A stretch of DNA of 62,961 bases, counting the filler. It is 5 parts of 5 records of this genome, joined end to end, with 100 filler letters (N's around TTAATTAATTAA, not from the genome) between each part and the next. Parts side by side here need not be neighbours in the genome. Positions count along the whole stretch, not along the records: positions 52,837 to 62,961 come from DRR723986_5523; 4 more parts are not named here. One strand, written 5' to 3'. Shown here one piece after another: positions 60,125 through 62,961 of the stretch. Under the pieces are notes generated by a model, which was given only the letters and a program-made list of their open reading frames with translations, did not search any database and had not been told where the DNA came from. A program made the position numbers and the translations under genes. The stretch's first letter is position 1, and the number at the start of each line of letters is the position of its first letter.

Positions 60125-60790
60125 TCACAGTGTCTTTAAATAGTCCTGAAATTCCTTGCCCGGCTCCTTCGGAAACCGTGTGTCGGTGATCGCAAATGAC
60201 CTGATGCGGTCGAGCCGAAAATTCCGGAAGCCGTTCCGTACTTCGCACCACGCAGTCAGCACCCAGACACTTTCGAAGGCGGTCAGTCCCAGCGGGCGGG
60301 TGATTCTTTCACTGACGCGGTCCTGCAGGTCGCTGTAGCCGAGTTGCACCTTGCGCCGTTTGCGGATGGCATCGCGCAGCGGAGACAGGGCGTCATGTCC
60401 TTGTGCCGAGGAGGCCTTGCCGACCGCAAGCAACGGACGGTTCAGCGAGCGTTCGCCTTCGGACAGAACAGCTCCAAGTTTGCCGAGCACCCGCTCGGCC
60501 GTTTCGCTCATGGTTTTGTCGCCACGTGCCTTGACCATGCGAATGCCGAGCAGGATGACATCCAGCTCGTCCGGATCGAACTGCATTGGCGGCAGAAAAT
60601 AGCCGCGTTCAAGAACGTAGCCGACACCGCCTTCACCGCGAATGGGAGCGCCCATCGCCTTAAGCGTGGCCATGTCCCGATAAATGGTGCGTTCCGTTAC
60701 ACCCAGCAGCTCCGCAAGCACGGCGGCCGGAACAGCGCCTCTGCGGCTGCGCAGGGTATCCAGGATGGAAAACAGCCTGATGGTTCGCAT
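60125..60790 (-). CDS. YafY-family HTH-WYL transcriptional regulator
   Basis: HTH_11 'LAELLGVTERTIYRDM', 'GEGGVGY'; WYL 'WVLTAWCEVRNGFRNFRLDRI'. Confidence 0.92.
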   Translation of the reverse strand: MRTIRLFSILDTLRSRRGAVPAAVLAELLGVTERTIYRDMATLKAMGAPIRGEGGVGYVLERGYFLPPMQFDPDELDVILLGIRMVKARGDKTMSETAERVLGKLGAVLSEGERSLNRPLLAVGKASSAQGHDALSPLRDAIRKRRKVQLGYSDLQDRVSERITRPLGLTAFESVWVLTAWCEVRNGFRNFRLDRIRSFAITDTRFPKEPGKEFQDYLKTL

Positions 60791-60863
60791 GGGTGTCGGT
60801 CTCCGGCAGGTTTCTGCAAGGCGCTCGCTGCGGTCCAGTTTCCGGCGACCATAGACGAATCCC

Positions 60864-60880
60864 CCTGACAGAAACTGTCT
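60864..60880. promoter_or_regulatory. Palindrome CCTGACAG-AAA-CTGTC, probable operator of the WYL regulator
   Basis: GACAG-AAA-CTGTC dyad (60867-60879) in the short divergent spacer, about 50 nt upstream of the target ATG. Confidence 0.6.
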
Positions 60881-60927
60881 CTGACCTCTTCTATAGAGCT
60901 GGCAGCAGAAACACGGAAGGACATCTC

Positions 60928-61566
60928 ATGCTGCGAAAAGAACTGGGACCGATGAAAGTGATGGGGTTTGCCCGCTACGAGGCGAAACCAGGCGTTGGCG
61001 CGCCGGACCTGATAGCGGCCGCCCGCCTGTGGCAGAAGGAATTCCTGAGCAACCAGCCAGGCATCGCCTTTCACTGCTTCTTAGGCAATGCAACAGGCGG
61101 TTATGCCGATGCAATTCTGGCAAGGGACGAGGCCAGTTTCGCAGCCATGTCCGAGGCGCATATGCAGGCAGCAAGCTCAAGGGCATTCATGGAACTGCTG
61201 GAGCCCGGCAGCATTCGCCTGTGTCTCAACCGTCTGATGAAAGACCTCACAGCGGTGCCGGACGGATTTTCCGCCATCGAATTCGGTACCTTTCGTCCCA
61301 GGGACGACGGCAGCTTTTCAGAAGAGGCGCTGATGGCTGCGTCCGGACGGATCGAGAGGGAGTATCTTGCCCCCTTGCCGGAAACCAGGGCGCATCTGAT
61401 GGCGCGGGCAGGGGAGGATACCTATTCGGAGATCTGCTTTGTGGAAACGGAAGGTGCTGCCAGGGAGATCTGCGGAGGCTATGTGTCGAACGCGGCCTGT
61501 GCGCCGCTTTTGAGTCTGTTTGATCCCGCCAGCGTCGATCTGGATTTCTGGCACGTGCTTGCCTGA
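60928..61566 (+). CDS. Hypothetical protein with two tandem ABM-like (dimeric alpha/beta barrel) domains
   Basis: AAGGA RBS. The two halves align with each other (GFARYEAK...LIAAARLWQKEFL..QPG versus EFGTFRPR...LMAASGRIEREYL..LPE; FMELLEPGSIRL versus LLSLFDPASVDL). The fold call is inference. Confidence 0.7.
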   Translation: MLRKELGPMKVMGFARYEAKPGVGAPDLIAAARLWQKEFLSNQPGIAFHCFLGNATGGYADAILARDEASFAAMSEAHMQAASSRAFMELLEPGSIRLCLNRLMKDLTAVPDGFSAIEFGTFRPRDDGSFSEEALMAASGRIEREYLAPLPETRAHLMARAGEDTYSEICFVETEGAAREICGGYVSNAACAPLLSLFDPASVDLDFWHVLA

Positions 61567-61595
61567 GCCGGCAGGCGACCTTGTCGCCTGACGCT

Positions 61596-62576
61596 CTAGC
61601 TATTGTACCCGCGTCCGTCCGAGGCCCTTGCCAGTTTCTGGCCGCGTTTGGCCTCGCGGCGGACCGTGTAGATCGACGCGGCGATGATGACGGCAGCGCC
61701 CACCAGTGTTTCCACGCGCGGCCACTGGTGGAACACCAGCGCACCGAAAACGGTGGCATAGAGCAGCCTGGTGTAGTCCAGCGAGGCAATTGCGGTGGCT
61801 TCGCCGGCGCGGAATGCCTGGATATTGGCCATCTGGGCTGCCCAGGACACGATGCCGATCCCAAGAAGAATTCCCCATTGTGCCAGGGTCGGGCTCTGCC
61901 AGGTCAGTATGGCGGGGATGATCATGATCAGCCCGACGCCGAAAGCCTGGTAGGTCAGGATGGTGACCGGGGGATCGGTGCGCGTCAGCAGGCGGACGAC
62001 AATCATCACCAGGCCGGCGCAGGCCGCTCCGGCAATGGCGAGCAGCGCAAAGGGATCGATCAGCCCGTCGCCTTGCGGGCGGAGCATCAGAACAACCCCC
62101 AGAAAGCCGACGATGGTGGCACCCCAGCGGTGCACACCGACCGTTTCTCCCAGCAACCAGATGGCGAAGATCGTAAGGAAGAACGTCTTGGAGAAGCTGA
62201 TTGCCGTGGCATCGGCCAACGGCAGTTCGATGACGGCCGTGAAGCCGCAGAGCATGGCAGTTGCGGCAACCACGATACGGGTCAGCTGAAGTCCGGGACG
62301 TTTTGTTGCCAGGGAGGTCGGCAATCCGCTGAGGATCTTCGGGGCAACGATGGCAAGCATGATGCCCTGGCGGATCACCAGGATCTGGAACACCGTCAGG
62401 TCCTTGCCAAGCAGCTTGATCAGGGTGACCATGATCGAGAACAGAAAGGCGGCCAGAAGGATCCAGAGCGCGCCGATGGTGTTCGACGGCAGGTTCTCCG
62501 TCAGGCTGGTCACCTTGCGCCGAAGACGGTTGCCGGTTGCCTCGGAAGGCTCCGGCTGTTGGGTGGGCATGTCCAT
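61596..62576 (-). CDS. DMT/EamA family transporter
   Basis: About 10 TM segments; 'LPLADATAISF', 'LLGETVG.HRW', 'AFRAGEA..IASLDY'. Confidence 0.9.
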   Translation of the reverse strand: MDMPTQQPEPSEATGNRLRRKVTSLTENLPSNTIGALWILLAAFLFSIMVTLIKLLGKDLTVFQILVIRQGIMLAIVAPKILSGLPTSLATKRPGLQLTRIVVAATAMLCGFTAVIELPLADATAISFSKTFFLTIFAIWLLGETVGVHRWGATIVGFLGVVLMLRPQGDGLIDPFALLAIAGAACAGLVMIVVRLLTRTDPPVTILTYQAFGVGLIMIIPAILTWQSPTLAQWGILLGIGIVSWAAQMANIQAFRAGEATAIASLDYTRLLYATVFGALVFHQWPRVETLVGAAVIIAASIYTVRREAKRGQKLARASDGRGYNS

Positions 62577-62763
62577 CGTGAATCCTTGCCGGAGGGTATG
62601 CGGATGCGGCGGCGCATTGGGGCCGGAGCACAGGCAAGACTCGGATAAGGCTGTTTGTTGCAGTTGAAACAAGCTTAGCGCTTTTCGCTGAGAAGGAAAG
62701 AGGGCGGCTGTTTGCCATTGCAAGCGGATGCAATTTAAACTGCGCCGAACAGGGAGGACTTCC

Positions 62764-62961
62764 ATGGAAAAAATCCAGACGCAGGGCGTGCATCACATCA
62801 CTCTTGTCGGGGCCGACAGGCAGACTTCCATCGATTTCTGGGAAGGGCTGGTGGGAATGCCTTTCGTGTTCGAGCAGCCCAATCTGGACGATGAAAACCA
62901 GAGCCATCTGTATTTCGATCCCGGCGATGGCCGTCTCATCACGATCTTCACCAACGAAGAC
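62764..62961 (+). CDS. VOC/glyoxalase family protein, 3'-truncated (missing from the ORF track)
   Basis: GGGAGGA RBS, then MEKIQTQGVHHITLVGADRQTSIDFWEGLVGMPFVFEQPNLD...HLYFDPGDGRLITIF, open to the window end. Confidence 0.88.
   Translation, partial: MEKIQTQGVHHITLVGADRQTSIDFWEGLVGMPFVFEQPNLDDENQSHLYFDPGDGRLITIFTNED

Overview
This window is not one locus. It is five unrelated contigs joined by artificial 100-nt linkers (N44-TTAATTAATTAA-N44) at 8816-8915, 22136-22235, 39771-39870 and 52737-52836, so no gene context should be read across the linkers. The taxon calls below are inferred from protein style, not from searches. Contig A (1-8815, Rhodobacteraceae-like): the end of a homoprotocatechuate operon containing an aromatic amino-acid decarboxylase, then a surface module (RTX/DUF4214 protein, flippase, outer-membrane barrel) divergent from a truncated type I PKS. 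Contig B (8916-22135, gammaproteobacterial, Marinobacter-like): a type I secretion system running directly into an E. coli O8-like wzm-wzt-wbdD-wbdA glycan cluster, with a convergent acyltransferase. Contig C (22236-39770, Rhodobacteraceae-like): an amine/amide scavenging region with a histamine dehydrogenase-like flavoenzyme, two Pot-type ABC systems, a tandem Lin0512 pair, three C-N hydrolases, a zinc deaminase and a PuuE-like hydrolase. Contig D (39871-52736, Pirellulaceae-like planctomycete): a REP doublet, gap, a HemD-HemE fusion, a YTV-like protein, a HEAT protein, csrA behind a probable sigma-54 promoter, a DegT-family aminotransferase and mscS. Contig E (52837-62961, Roseibium/Labrenzia-like): frcB/frcR, ade, an orphan ABC-type ATPase, fadD with a LiuR-like box, an HTH-WYL regulator with a divergent target and operator, a DMT transporter and a truncated VOC gene. 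I found no CRISPR array, rRNA, complete tRNA or transposase. The best candidates for undescribed systems are the Lin0512/histamine-dehydrogenase amine module, the PKS-barrel-flippase-DUF4214 surface module, the T1SS-coupled O8-like glycan locus lacking wbdB/C, and the WYL regulon.
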